From Geosiphon pyriformis uo1 (Eukaryota; Fungi; Glomeromycota), in NCBI GenBank assembly GCA_016748015.1, contig JAAOMT010000009.1, forward strand, positions 266,459 through 330,458: a stretch of DNA of 64,000 nucleotides, in the 5' to 3' direction. The position numbers and the translations under genes were made by a program. Shown here piece after piece: positions 49,121-61,220 of this stretch. How positions within the stretch are numbered: the first letter of the stretch is position 1; each line of letters starts with the position of its first letter. The notes beneath the pieces are model-generated. The model made no database searches. It was given only the letters and a program-made list of their open reading frames with translations, and was not told the DNA's origin.

Positions 49121-50796
49121 CGTCAACAATATGTCTGAATGATAACATTTTTTTTAAAAAAAAAAAAAAAAGGAGGCGAGATTTATTATAAAAAAATATA
49201 TACAGCTGGATAATGATATTTCCTTCAGGTTTTGGGGCACCAGTTGAATGATAGGTTATGTTGGCTAATGATAGCCAATGTTGTGTATCATTGTACGACT
49301 CAATCCGATAATCCATGTACCTGAGCCATATTCATATAAAATAATATTAAAAGTAAATTATTTATCAGAAATCTAAGCCTTAAAACACTTGAAAAAGTCT
49401 ATTAACGTATTCAGTTTAAATCTTTTTATTAACTGGGGCCAAGAAATTATCCTGTAAAATATATTAAAACAAAAATTTTCATGTCACAGCTGTTGCCTCT
49501 GACAGTACTATTCTTATTGAAGTATTGAAACTTTTATTAATTGTTCAGAATAAAAATCTAACACCAATTTTCAACTAATCCACATCTTTTTAGGATTCTG
49601 CGATTTCATTTATCAACAATAATGCAGATTTTAACTTTGCTTTTTTTTTTAATAGACTAGTTTCAAACTTATTCTTTTAACTGCAGAATTTTACAAGAAT
49701 ATAAGAGATAACAATTTAATTTATAAAGTAAAAGCTTGTAAACGCATCTTTTTAATTTTAATTCTTTTTAAATCAACACTAAAGTGATTTGAGATGAGAT
49801 AATGAAAAAACAAACAAAACAACTGTTTTTATAAATTGAATTGATTTGAGGCAAAGAGCACAAGATGAAATCAAAAAAATGCTTATTTAACTATTTCAAT
49901 AATGTTATTATATCATGCAACTAATAAAAGCAGCTTATCTTAACCAAAAAAAGCAGTTTTGTCAATTTGTCAGTGCCCATTCCCGAATCTTGACCGTGAT
50001 CACATCAAATATATTCTTCGACTAGCCAACTGAGTTTCTGAACCTCGAATCTTTGCTTTTTTTTTATTTTTAATCTCTGCAAAGAACTCGTGAACGCACA
50101 AATATAATGCATTTTGCTTCACATTATAGAATGATGATATGAATGCAGCACGAAACATTCGAAATAATTTTGGTATATCTGTCTGAAAAATGAAGAATTT
50201 AGTAACATTTAGACTGGTTATTTATGAGGGAATTGTCTACCACTTAAGGGGAGAGAGGTGGTGTTAAAAAAGCTTGGATAAGTTTCAATTTGTAACGCAG
50301 ATCCAAGCAAAACTAAAATTTGTGACACCCAGTTTTAAAATCCTTCAATTTCAGTTTGGAATCCGCTCTCAACTTGCCATGAAATTTATGATAGAGATTG
50401 CTGGTCGTGAGTCCGCCCTATCATATTTTGATGACTTCTCCGTATAGCTCCCAGTTTCGACATTTAGAATTGTGAAAGGTTCTCTTAATTAGGGGAGGGG
50501 ATCTTTTAAAATTCTGATCAATAAAGGTTTCAAGAAAGTTTTGGCAGCTACACTACTTTGAGTCAATCACTGTCTATTAATCGACTATGTCAAATAGCCC
50601 AACTTTCCTTTCACGTTTGGCGACAATATTAATAATATCTCACTAAAATAATTATATTTACATTTCCTCAAAGGTCACAGTGCCACTTCTATATTACATT
50701 TTGGATGCCGCCAGGGCACACTATTATTAAAGCCTACTCAATATTTATAAAAAAGTAAATAAATACAAAAACCTTTAATGAGGTATTTTTCAAATT

Positions 50797-52884
50797 TTAT
50801 AATTGTATGTCATATGTCGGAGGACGAATTGATACCCCATCGCGTGCTGGTTGGGGCACAATATCCCAACCTTCGTAAAGATAAGCGGTATCACTTGTTG
50901 GATACATTCGAGGGTTCGCAGTTGGTTCTGGAATCGATGGAGCAATTTTTTCTTTTACTTCCGTAGAACAAACTGATTTTGATCTTCGCTCTTTGCTTTT
51001 GCGTGACATGGTGGCAATACTTGAAGGTATTAAAGCTTGACCGAAGGTTGAGTCATCGCTTAATGTTTTAGTATGCCTTTGCATTTTACTGTTTTTTGGG
51101 GCGGCTAGAGGAGAACTTAAACTCTGTCGCTTTGTCGTTTGAGGTAATTTATTTTCATCTTGATCACTCATTCTCCAATTCGAAAAATCCCAGAGGTTTG
51201 ATCTTCGGTATATCGAGTTATCATCCATAAGTGGTCCCATACTGACTTTTGAACTGTTTTGTCCTGTTTGAACCATCATGCTAGAAGTTTTTGAATTTGG
51301 AAAAGCTGGCCGCCGTAAATCAAAACCATCTTCAATATTCCGCTGTGATCTTTGAGTGATTTCAAATCTCCCTTTTGGCACAAACAAATGTCTTTGTAGC
51401 ATTATTATGATCAAGAGAGTTAGAGCAGCAAAAGCTGCCGTAGCTAGGCTCGAAATAAAAATAACAAGCCAAGTTGGCATTCGTTTATCATCTATAGAAT
51501 TGCCATTCGAGATTGATTTATTGGGGATGGTTTGGTCATTTTCAGCATTGAAATCAATGCCTTTGATTTTGGGTATTGTGAAACCATTTGAGGGGATATT
51601 CGTAACAATATTGTGATTTAGAGTCCAATTTCGCTCTGTCATATTGAAAATTTGGATGCCTTCGAAAGGACTACTACATTGGCTAGTCGTATTAATGAAA
51701 GGACAGCCACCATATATCTATGATTTTGTTTTGGAATTAGAAAATAAAACTGTGGAATATTTTTCAACAAATATGTATCAAAGTTGTATCGAGTCTTACC
51801 AAAACAGCGTCTGACCCTGGAAACTGGGCAAAAGAAGATGAAGCTCTTCCTCTCATACCACGAAATAAAATGTTTGGTTGATATTGCATTGTAGACATAT
51901 CCAATGGGAATACATTGACCGGGTATTGATCACTTCCATGGTATGCAATCAAAAATATCAAATTTCCTCGAATGCCAATGGCTCCTTCTCGGATGCCATA
52001 CGGTATGGTTGGAGAATCTGGAATTACCCATTGATTTCTTTTATTTGAAATCGAAAGTTTATTCGAAAATCCAACATTATCTCCCGATTCAAAAGGAAAG
52101 TATCCACCAAAAGCCCAGACATTCCCTTTTGCCGCGGCCATTATCCGGGGAATAGGTGCATCGAAAGTTTCCTGGATAAAATCAAATTGGTAAATATGAC
52201 TATCCTTTTTTTTAATCAATCAAAAATATACAAATCATAATAGCGGAATCTTACATCTTTCTGCAATTGAAACCAGGTCCACGGTTTTTTCTTTATATCC
52301 AAGAAATAATAATATTGAGTTGGTAATCTTTTTCCATTCTCGTTGACACCAGTATTTCCTGCGTAAACTGATATGAAATCTGGTGATATTAAAACCGCTT
52401 TTGGATTAAGTCCATATCCAGGATAAGTAGTTGTCATTAATTCATGCCAATCAATCCAAACTTCTTTCTTCAAGTCAAAAACTTGAGTTGGTATTTTGTC
52501 CTCGCTCGAACGAAGCGATATCAGCCCTCCAAAAACTAGTAAATATCCCGAAGGTGTAACTACACAAGCAGCTGAACCAACACTCGTGGCTTTATCAGTG
52601 TTCAAAAACTTCCAGACAACTTTATTGCTATTTATAGGTAAGGTCGTCGAATAAAAAAATGGACTTGTATTTGCCCCAGTTTCATCAGGGTTATTGTCCC
52701 ATCCACCAAATACGTAAAATTTGTTTTTCCAAGTGACCGAGCAATGTCCATAACGCCCGGGAGGATTTTTAGAGGCTGTTGAATTGTCTGTTTTTTGAGC
52801 ATTTACACTAGTCCAGCAAGTGAGTGCGCCGAATGATAAGCTGATCCAAAACACATAATTTATCAATTTTCTTATTTTAATCAT
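50797..52884 (-). CDS. Kelch-repeat (beta-propeller) single-pass membrane protein, multi-exon
   Basis: Signal peptide ending SVNA; Kelch motifs PPGRYGHCSV..YVFGG, LLVFGG, WAFGG; TM WLVIFISSLATAAFAALTLLIIIML; Ser-rich cytoplasmic tail ending PPTYDIQL. Confidence 0.88.
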
Positions 52885-53636
52885 TTCCCCCAATTTTAGA
52901 TTATTTTTATTTTTATTATTGAAAACAAATTAGAAATTTCTACAAACGAACAAGAGAACCAATAAAAGCGAAATAGCATACCAACACGTACAAACGTACG
53001 TACTAAAGAAGCCTTTCAAAATTCTCTGACAATGGTGAGTATTTAGCCTTTTTTGCCACATGTCGATTTTTCCCCTTTATGCAGCAAACATACAGCTTTA
53101 CCAAAGTTTCATATGTCGTGTATGTGATGGAAACGTTCCTGTCTATCCCAACTTTCATGTAAATGCAAAATTTCGGATAAGGTTAGATTGTTCTTTCGGG
53201 AAATTATTAGTTCTACTTTGATTCATAACTATGCAGGTAATTGAATGAAACTCCCGCACCTTTTTGATTAAAGATTTGCATGATGGAGTGTCTGGGTTTT
53301 TCATGTTGATGGGTGAAAGGACAAATATTTGAAAAATAAGATCTTGAAATATTTGATTATCATAAATATTTTAATAAACATTTCTTTTAGGGAGGAAACT
53401 TTTTTTTGCGTGGTCTTAGCCGGAACAAAGTCCTTATCAGTTAGGGCAGGATTCAATACAAATATTTTGACAGAAATCCAAATTACATAAATGCATTCAA
53501 GAATTTGTATTTGAAATTTTTCAGTCAAATTGGATTTGTTAACGATTTCAAAGCCCGTTTGAAAAACAGATTTCTGCAAAAAATCTTGAACTCGGAAAAC
53601 CTCCACATCCATTCCTGTACCTAAACGTGGTTTAAT

Positions 53637-55098
53637 TTAAAAATCTTTGATCAGGGGTGGGCATTCACGAAATGTATGTACATGGGTTAGTAAGAGACCT
53701 CCTGGTTCCATTCTGTAGAAACCACTCATTCGATACGGTCCATAATGTGCATTTTCTTCCCAATACAGCCCTGTAACTTGATTGATACATTCCTAGAAAT
53801 TATCAAGTAAAAAAATATCAATTCACTCGATCCTTTAAATTGTGCGTGGAAGAAGGCATAATTACATGACGCTTAATTTTTTCAAAATTTCTAATACCTC
53901 AGATTCTTTAATGCCTCTTGTTGAGGTCAACCCTACGCATTCAAATATCGGTCGGTAAACTTCTCGACCTTCCGGACCAAATGAATTTGGCCGACAATCA
54001 CAATCATCCGTCCCTAACCAAATTTCTATTCCTGGGTGTATATATTCTTTGTCTGATTTATTTTGTTGTCGTGGAAGAGTAGGGACAATATCATAGGTGT
54101 TTGTTATCCGGTACACTCGTTGGGGTAAAATGGTATTTATGTGATTTGCGAAAGCCCTATTTCCAACACGTGGCATCCCATAAGTAAAAATTGTAATAGT
54201 AATTGGGAGTTTTTGTTGAAAATATGCTCCAATCAAAAGAGCATAAACTAGACCAAAAAATAAAGGCGCATTGATAAATATTAATGGATATTCCTATGAG
54301 GGAGTTTCACAATTAATCAATCATACCACCCCCGAGACCAAACCCGACAATTCTCATGGTTCTGATGCCTTTGCTTGTTCGCGCATGGGACTTATTGTGA
54401 GATCTTTCAATGGAAAGGAATTTCCTAAAAACTTTTAAGCTAGCTTGTTGAAATTTTCTGTAATATTGTTCATCAACCCTTCAATAAAAAATAAACCATT
54501 ATTAAGAAGCTGAGGCAACAAGACGTTTTTCACTCTCAAAAACAACTTTGCCTAAATCAGTAAAAATCACTTTGCCCCTTTGATATTCTGATATTGGGAA
54601 GTTGGTATTTTCTTTGACTCCAAATCTTCTTTCTTCAAATCCTCTCCTCGAATTTGCAAAAGCCAAGTTCCTTTAAAACGGTTGACTTTGGTAATTCTAG
54701 CTGAAATATATTCAAAAGTTTGAGGGATTGAATTTTTTGGAAAATAAAGAATTTAATTGTAACAATGTCTTTCAAATACCATATATTTCATCAGTAATTC
54801 GATCATTTGTTTCATTCAAACACGAAGCTTCTCTCGCATAAGGTGCAAAGGGTTGTAAACGCCTCAAAGTCGTATCCCGATTCTTTATCTGATATCGCCC
54901 AGCAGGTTTTTTTTCGCTTTTTTTACGATATCTACCTGGTCCTTTGAAAATGGGTATGCTAAAAGGTTGGTCGGCTCTCTTCCAAAACTGAGTTGATTGC
55001 GAAGGTTCAATTGATGATAAGAGAATGTGATTCCAAATGGTAAAAAGAAGAAAAAACCGAAATATCTTATATTTAGTGGATGATGGTTGTAAAACCAT
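53637..55098 (-). CDS. Secreted class 3 lipase-like protein, 5 exons; nucleophile motif GFGLGG lacks Ser
   Basis: Signal-like N-terminus plus KR site; GAKVD, RIVGFGLGG|VYA, IFTYGMPRVGN, RITNTYDIVP, YIHPGIEIW, NAHYGPY. Exons join in frame through GT..AG introns; stop at 53637-53639. Confidence 0.88.
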
Positions 55099-56220
55099 TA
55101 TGTATAATAAAAAATTGATCAGGGGTAAATTTTCATCAAAAGATGGCAGGAGAGGAAAACGAAATAATGATTAATGACTCGTAACGCTTTATCTGCAATT
55201 TTAGACCCACAATTATGATGGATATTTCTTGTGTTAAAAAGTTTTTCATTTTTAGGTATAGTGATCTCACTTTATTAAATGAAAATCACCAAACATACCG
55301 AAAAATATATTTATATTCTAAGAGACACCAAAGCAAAAATATCTTGGAATTATTTAGTTGCATATTCCAAACATTGATTAATTGCACAAATAAGATAATC
55401 AGTTTGAACTAGAATATTGAAATATGATTCAAGATCTCAAGAAACCATGGGATTCAAGAAATTTTTTTACATTTAATCTTTGGTTAATTTTCAAAGAATT
55501 GAAGTCGATACCAAATATATCTATAGAAAACCATATGCATCAAGGAAATTTTCTCTAGGAAAAACCTTTTCGTTGTCAAAGTATGGTTGATACGAGAATT
55601 AGTTTTTAAAGGACAAGATGAACTACAATCAATGATACAAGTTAAATTTTGCACATGAGTGAATCGTTCTTATATTTCTAATCTTACTGTGGTTGTCATT
55701 GAAAATTTTCAAGAAATGTAAAATATATATAAATATGGGTATGGCTATAAATTTACAAAATGAGCTCATTTATTGAACGAATACTTAAAAAAATTTCTCG
55801 AGAAAAGAAAATGTAAAGTCTCTCTTTCTTGATTCAGATTTTCAATCAAAATAATATTCACTTTTGCAATATAATTTTGATTCTTTTTAAGAATAGTTCA
55901 CTTTTTCTGAGAGGAGAATTTTTTAATCAAACAAGCAAATGAAGTTATAAGTGACCATTAATTTTCAAAATTCTTGCCTAATAGTTTTTTAGCTAGAATT
56001 ACAAAAGTTAAAGATCTAAAAGAAATAGATGCTTAATTTCTTAGAAGAAAGAGCCAATTGAAGTTTTGGCCTAGTAAATTTTTTGAAAAGTTGTAGTTTT
56101 TCCAAATTATTTTAATTAAGTATCTATATGAGAAATATTCATTGTAGGAAATGAATTTATTTCTTCAAAATATTCGTCCCTATTTATCAATTTTTATTTA
56201 ACTTCCACTTTAAATTTAAG

Positions 56221-56270
56221 ACTGATAACTGATATTTAATAACTGATACCTGATAACTGATACTGATAAA
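56221..56270 (+). repeat. Cluster of six CTGATA units
   Basis: CTGATA at 56222, 56229, 56243, 56250, 56257 and 56263. Confidence 0.85.
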
Positions 56271-57575
56271 TGATGTATTGTAAAATCCAACAAATTTTTT
56301 CGATTCCAGAACTTTCACTTAATTACCTTAAAGTTTCCCACTAAAATATTATGCATTCTAATGCAGGATGTTAGAGAAAAATAAAGGGCAATGAAACTTT
56401 TTTGGCATTGTGAAATTTCAACCCTGAAAATCATCATTTACATTTTTAAGATTGCCATTAATTGAAAACCAACAATAGAACTTATATTGTGCCTATTTTG
56501 TAAAAAATTATCTAATTCTGGGATAAAATTATGTAGTGTTACTTGCTTTCAAAGACTTAAAAGTGTAACCCGATCTATGATTTCTGCAATAAAAAATCAT
56601 TAAAGAATTGAAATCGATGAATTTTTTTATTTTGTTATGAATAAAATATTATATGATCAAAACTAAAAAGTATTAAGTGACCAAAATTCAAGCATATGAA
56701 AGTCTTTTATTTTTATTTGTGCATGTACCCGGTTTCAAATCAAAGTCAATGAAAATGTATGCATTATCATTAAATAAAAAATTATACTTTTAAGATTAAA
56801 AGCGATAATTTTAACTCAGTTAAAAAGTTTTATTTTTGGCAACACCTGTTATTTCTAGAAAAAAGAAAATCACATTTCTTAGTTTTCCCGAACGCCGGCC
56901 GAGCCTAAGCTGATAAAAATTCTCAAATGATAAAAAAAAATTAATAATGGTCTTTAACTTTATGACATCTATTTTTAAGGCTCAAGGCTTATTATTGCTC
57001 TTTTTGAGCTGAAAATATGATCGCCTCCTCCTCCTAAAATAAAAAATTCCTTCAGATACCGAGATATAATACAATTTTATGCAACACCAACCTTAGCTCC
57101 TGATTTGATAATCATTCTAAAATAAATCAAATAAATAGAAATATAAAGTTCAATTCCATTTGACAAGGAGTAAAGAATTTTTATGTACAGTATATGCGAA
57201 TTTTGTATTTCTTCTTGAAACATTTAAATAGAGAAGAACCTGTCTATTAAAAAAAATCTTTGATTCGTATTTTATTTCTCCAGTAATCTACTATATTTAG
57301 AGTCGGTGGTTTTCAGTTTAGCTATAAATTTATTTCTAATTAGTAAAAAATAATGACAAGCAGAAAAAATATTTGACTTTTCTATTAAGAACAAAAACTT
57401 TTTTGAAAGCGTTGATCGGCAGATACATTAAAAGAATAAAAGTGTGATTTTAAAAAACCATAATCGTTAAAGCCTTCGTGGGGTTAAGATAAACAGAACC
57501 AATAGAAAGCTTTTTTGAAACAAGTTTTTCTTAAAGATCTTGTTTAAAAGAAAAGTAGGAAGTATTTCATGAAAA

Positions 57576-57666
57576 ATGAAAAGTTCTTTTTCGATATTTT
57601 TTTTTATCTTTTTAAATTATTTACATATGACTTTAACCCAACCAATTCAACCAAGGTATGTTGATG

Positions 57667-57737
<71 letters not shown>

Positions 57738-58410
57738 GATGATGATGATGATGATGTATTTTAAAGAATATTTTGAATATTAAATAATTCTCAACTAAAT
57801 GAGATTTTTATTCAGTCACAGAAAATGGACGAATAATTATCCACCCACATCTCAAAATACTTATAGGTGATTTTCATCGTCTAAATTCGAACCAAATTTC
57901 TCAATTATTATTATTATTATTATTATATAATACTCTTCATTTTTATTTTCAAATAGCTCATCAATAATAAGCACAAGTTTGTCAACTGAAATAAATCCAA
58001 CAACATCATCACTTCCAACAGTCACCGTCATAAATACAGGGACAATCACTGATTCAGAATCTATAAAAACTACAACTATAACGATAGCAGAAACATCTAC
58101 GAATTATTCAATTTTCATGAACAGTACTACTACAACAAAGACAACGACAACGACAACGGCAACGACAAAAACAACGTCAGCAACAAAATTAAATTTAACA
58201 ATAGAGACAAATGCCCAAAGCCCTGGAATATTTCCTTCGATATCATCCACCTCCAAATCAATATCAACTTATCCGACGTTAATTTCAACATCTAATTCAA
58301 ATAGCTTAAATTTTAGAAAAAAAGAAAAGTTTGGATACAATAACTTGCGGCACATTAGTATTTTAGGATTTTTTATGGTTCTTGGGAACATTATATTGAA
58401 GTTCTGGTAG
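57576..58410 (+). CDS. Secreted Ser/Thr-rich (mucin-like) cell-surface protein, possibly GPI-anchored, 3 exons
   Basis: Signal peptide MKSSFSIFFFIFLNYLHMTLT. Introns 57656-57815 and ~57867-57956 splice in frame. Thr-rich body and hydrophobic C-terminus HISILGFFMVLGNIILKFW. Confidence 0.8.
57666..57756. repeat. Intronic (TAT)~23(GAT)6 microsatellite
   Basis: Directly visible; lies inside intron 1 of the Ser/Thr-rich gene. Confidence 0.95.
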
Positions 58411-58999
58411 CTCTTTGAAAATTGACTTGAAGTTTAAAGCATATCTTTAATAAGAAGACATTCTTGAGATATTTAATAGAATAAAAATCAAAATGAAAAT
58501 TACTCTAGCATATTAAGCATCTTAAAAATAATGAAAGTTTGTAAAAAATAATGAGAATTTTTTGAAAAAAATGCAACACGACTTATTATAAGAGGTCTCT
58601 GCTTTAATTGGTTCAGAATTAGCCAATATCTAAGAAATATCACATCGGAAGAAACTAACAAATATTTTCAATAAATACAAGGTTGATCGGGTGGCCGTAA
58701 TTTGAATTCATTTTGAAACTCTTTCAAATGTGAAGTTAAAAAATAAAAGGCTAAATCCCAATAAAGCTATTTTCAGTCGTGAAAATTTTAAATTTGGGTG
58801 AAACTATAAATATTAACAAGGCAATCTTTTAAAGAAATCTTCGCTTTCAAACAATATGTCATGCTTAACCCTGCCTAACCCTGCTTTTCAATTTTTTTAA
58901 TGTAACATTGACTGGATTATTTTTGACAATAATGCAAATTACCCTTCTTTCCTGAATATGTGAAGAATTATTAAGTTGTAACACACTCACAGATGATCT

Positions 59000-60110
59000 T
59001 TAACCATTTTTTGTGTAACAATATTTTTAGATTTTTAATCAAGAAACTACTATTTTCATTATCAACTTGAAAAGTTTTGAAATATGTTTTGAATATATTA
59101 ATTTATTATAAAAATACAATAATTATTAGCTCTTATTTTTTTTATTTCTTTTTTGTGTTTTACATTGTCAATTTTTTTGAACTTTTGAATATTTTATTTG
59201 TCAGCAAGCTTTTATTCTATTTTGTAAAAACAATTTAGATCAAAATTTATAAATTTATAAATGTTAAAAATATCAAAAATATTTAATAAATACCAATTTT
59301 CGAATTTATTTTAATTTTAATTTTATTAATGATTGAATTAAATTTTATTCTTTATGTTTTAATATTTAAATATCTAATATTAAAAATTAGAAAAATTGAA
59401 CACAATATGTTTTTTTAAACATAAATTTTGGATAATTAACAATTTAAATTAATATAAAAATAATTAAATTGAATTTAAAAATGAAATATTGTTTTTAACA
59501 TATTATTATTACTAAATATTTTATAAAAAGATTTCAATATTTAAAAACAATTTTTTTAGATATTCTTCAAAAATACTGTAATAAATTTAAAATCAAGAAA
59601 TTTTAAATTAATAATATTTACATAAAAAAATGTAAATATTCTACAAGAAACAATTTATTCATTTATAATTAATTAATTACATTATTACTCTTAAATTTCA
59701 TGGAAACATCAACAAAATTGCTAGAAGAGGGTTCCGAAATAATTTATAAAGCAATAGATATACTATAAAAGAGAAGCATATATTATTAAAACTGAAACTA
59801 TATTAATATTATTTGTAATTTTATAAATTGGATGATTTTAACATTATACAAATATTATAAATATTTTATTAAGTTGGTAAAACATTATAATAATATGGTA
59901 CAATATTAATTTTAATTTATTCAATTATTTTTTACTTATTACTTAATTTTAATTTTTGGTTAATTTTTTTTTTTTACAAATTATATATATTTGATTATTT
60001 AAATTTGGCCTTTTATAAATTTCCTAAATAATTAATATATTTCAAATTTTAGCACAATATTCATTTAATGCAAAAATTATTTTTTAAATGATTAAAGATT
60101 TAACAATTTC
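59000..60110 (+). mobile_element. C/G-depleted relic, possibly pogo/Tigger-type DDE transposase
   Basis: Same erosion as 1-5040. Ghost motifs ILDN (~59425), NQEILN for DQGILN (~59590) and KAIDIL..EAY..IKTETI (~59750-59800) appear in pogo DDE order. Confidence 0.35.
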
Positions 60111-60393
60111 AAACTTAATCCAGAATTCGGGGTTTACCTTGATTTGAAAGCTAATAATTAGTCAAAACTTTTTGATACTAATATAAGGATTTCTCAATGA
60201 TTGATTGGCTCTTGCCTCTTATAGGCTCTCAGATGCTTTCATATATGTAATATAAAAGTTTAGATGCATGAAAATGACATTAAATAAAACAATATTTCAA
60301 TTGGACTCTAATAATTAAAAACCTAGCGCTCAATAAAGTTTTTCAAACTAGAAGCCTGGGGATACAAGAGATTTAAGCGTCTTGTTCCTACGC

Positions 60394-61220
60394 TTAATCT
60401 TGAAGAAAAATCAATTCCCAAAAATCAAAAATGGCAAGTGGTATTAATTCGCAATCAATGAGTTCGAGACGAAAGTATGGTAAAGCTTCTAGATATTGGC
60501 TGGCTTCTTCCACATCTCGGGCGGACATTTTGGCAGAGACGACAAGCGGTCTTTGCATGACGTAAAGTTCTTGAAAGATACCTGCCTAGTTATATTTCAA
60601 AATAGAAGTAAGGTATGTTGAGAAATGCTATCATCTCGCTAAAAAATCATAATCTCTACCTTGAAATAGCGAAACGTGTCCAAAGCCTGTTCTTCAACGC
60701 TTTTTTGAAATGCTTCATTGGTAAAATTCGAGTTAAAGGTGCCCATAAACCAAATAGGTCGTAATTTTTCTCTTGATAATAATTCAACGGGCTTTCCTAG
60801 CGCTTCTCTCATTTCTTCACCTCTATTATTGGATATTCTTTCCCAAGTTCGATATGGGCCAAGGCATATGAAGTCATAACTGCATAAGCTATGCTTCAAA
60901 ATTTGGAAAAAATAAGAGCTTTGTCTTCTTTTATTTTTTGAAGAATGAAAATCTATGCTAAAAATTATCAAGAAAAGCTTCTTTACCCAGACTCAATTAT
61001 GGAGACCTACCAATGCTAAAGGCAGTTGTGCTACTTTCTCCTTTGCTTGATTAATTGATTCTGCCTCAACAATAAAAATTGAGCCTTTGCTGTCTTCAAA
61101 TCTGAATGCTTCTCGCAAGAAACCAGCCATATATAAAGACCATAGGTGAGTCAAGTGTACTTTGAATAAATCTGTTGGAAGAGGAGTTGATAAAAAACGT
61201 TCGATAATTCCAATTTTCAT
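60394..61220 (-). CDS. Tandem muconolactone-isomerase/YCII-like (dimeric alpha+beta barrel) domain protein, 3 exons
   Basis: Two similar halves: LWSLYMAGFLREAF..GSIFIVEAESINQAKEKVAQLPL..YDFICLGPY and FRYFKAGIFQELY..MSARDVEEASQYLEALPY..CELIPLAIF. Last exon open to stop at 60394-60396. Confidence 0.7.

Noticed and set aside
57576-57764. Poly-Tyr/poly-Asp peptide
   Set aside because: The repeat lies inside a canonical intron (57656-57815) and would be spliced out.
60373-60397. 8-bp hairpin (TTAAGCGT..ACGCTTAA) at the stop codon of the YCII-like gene, resembling a bacterial terminator
   Set aside because: Short AT-rich stem with no U-tract, in a eukaryotic gene; compatible with chance.
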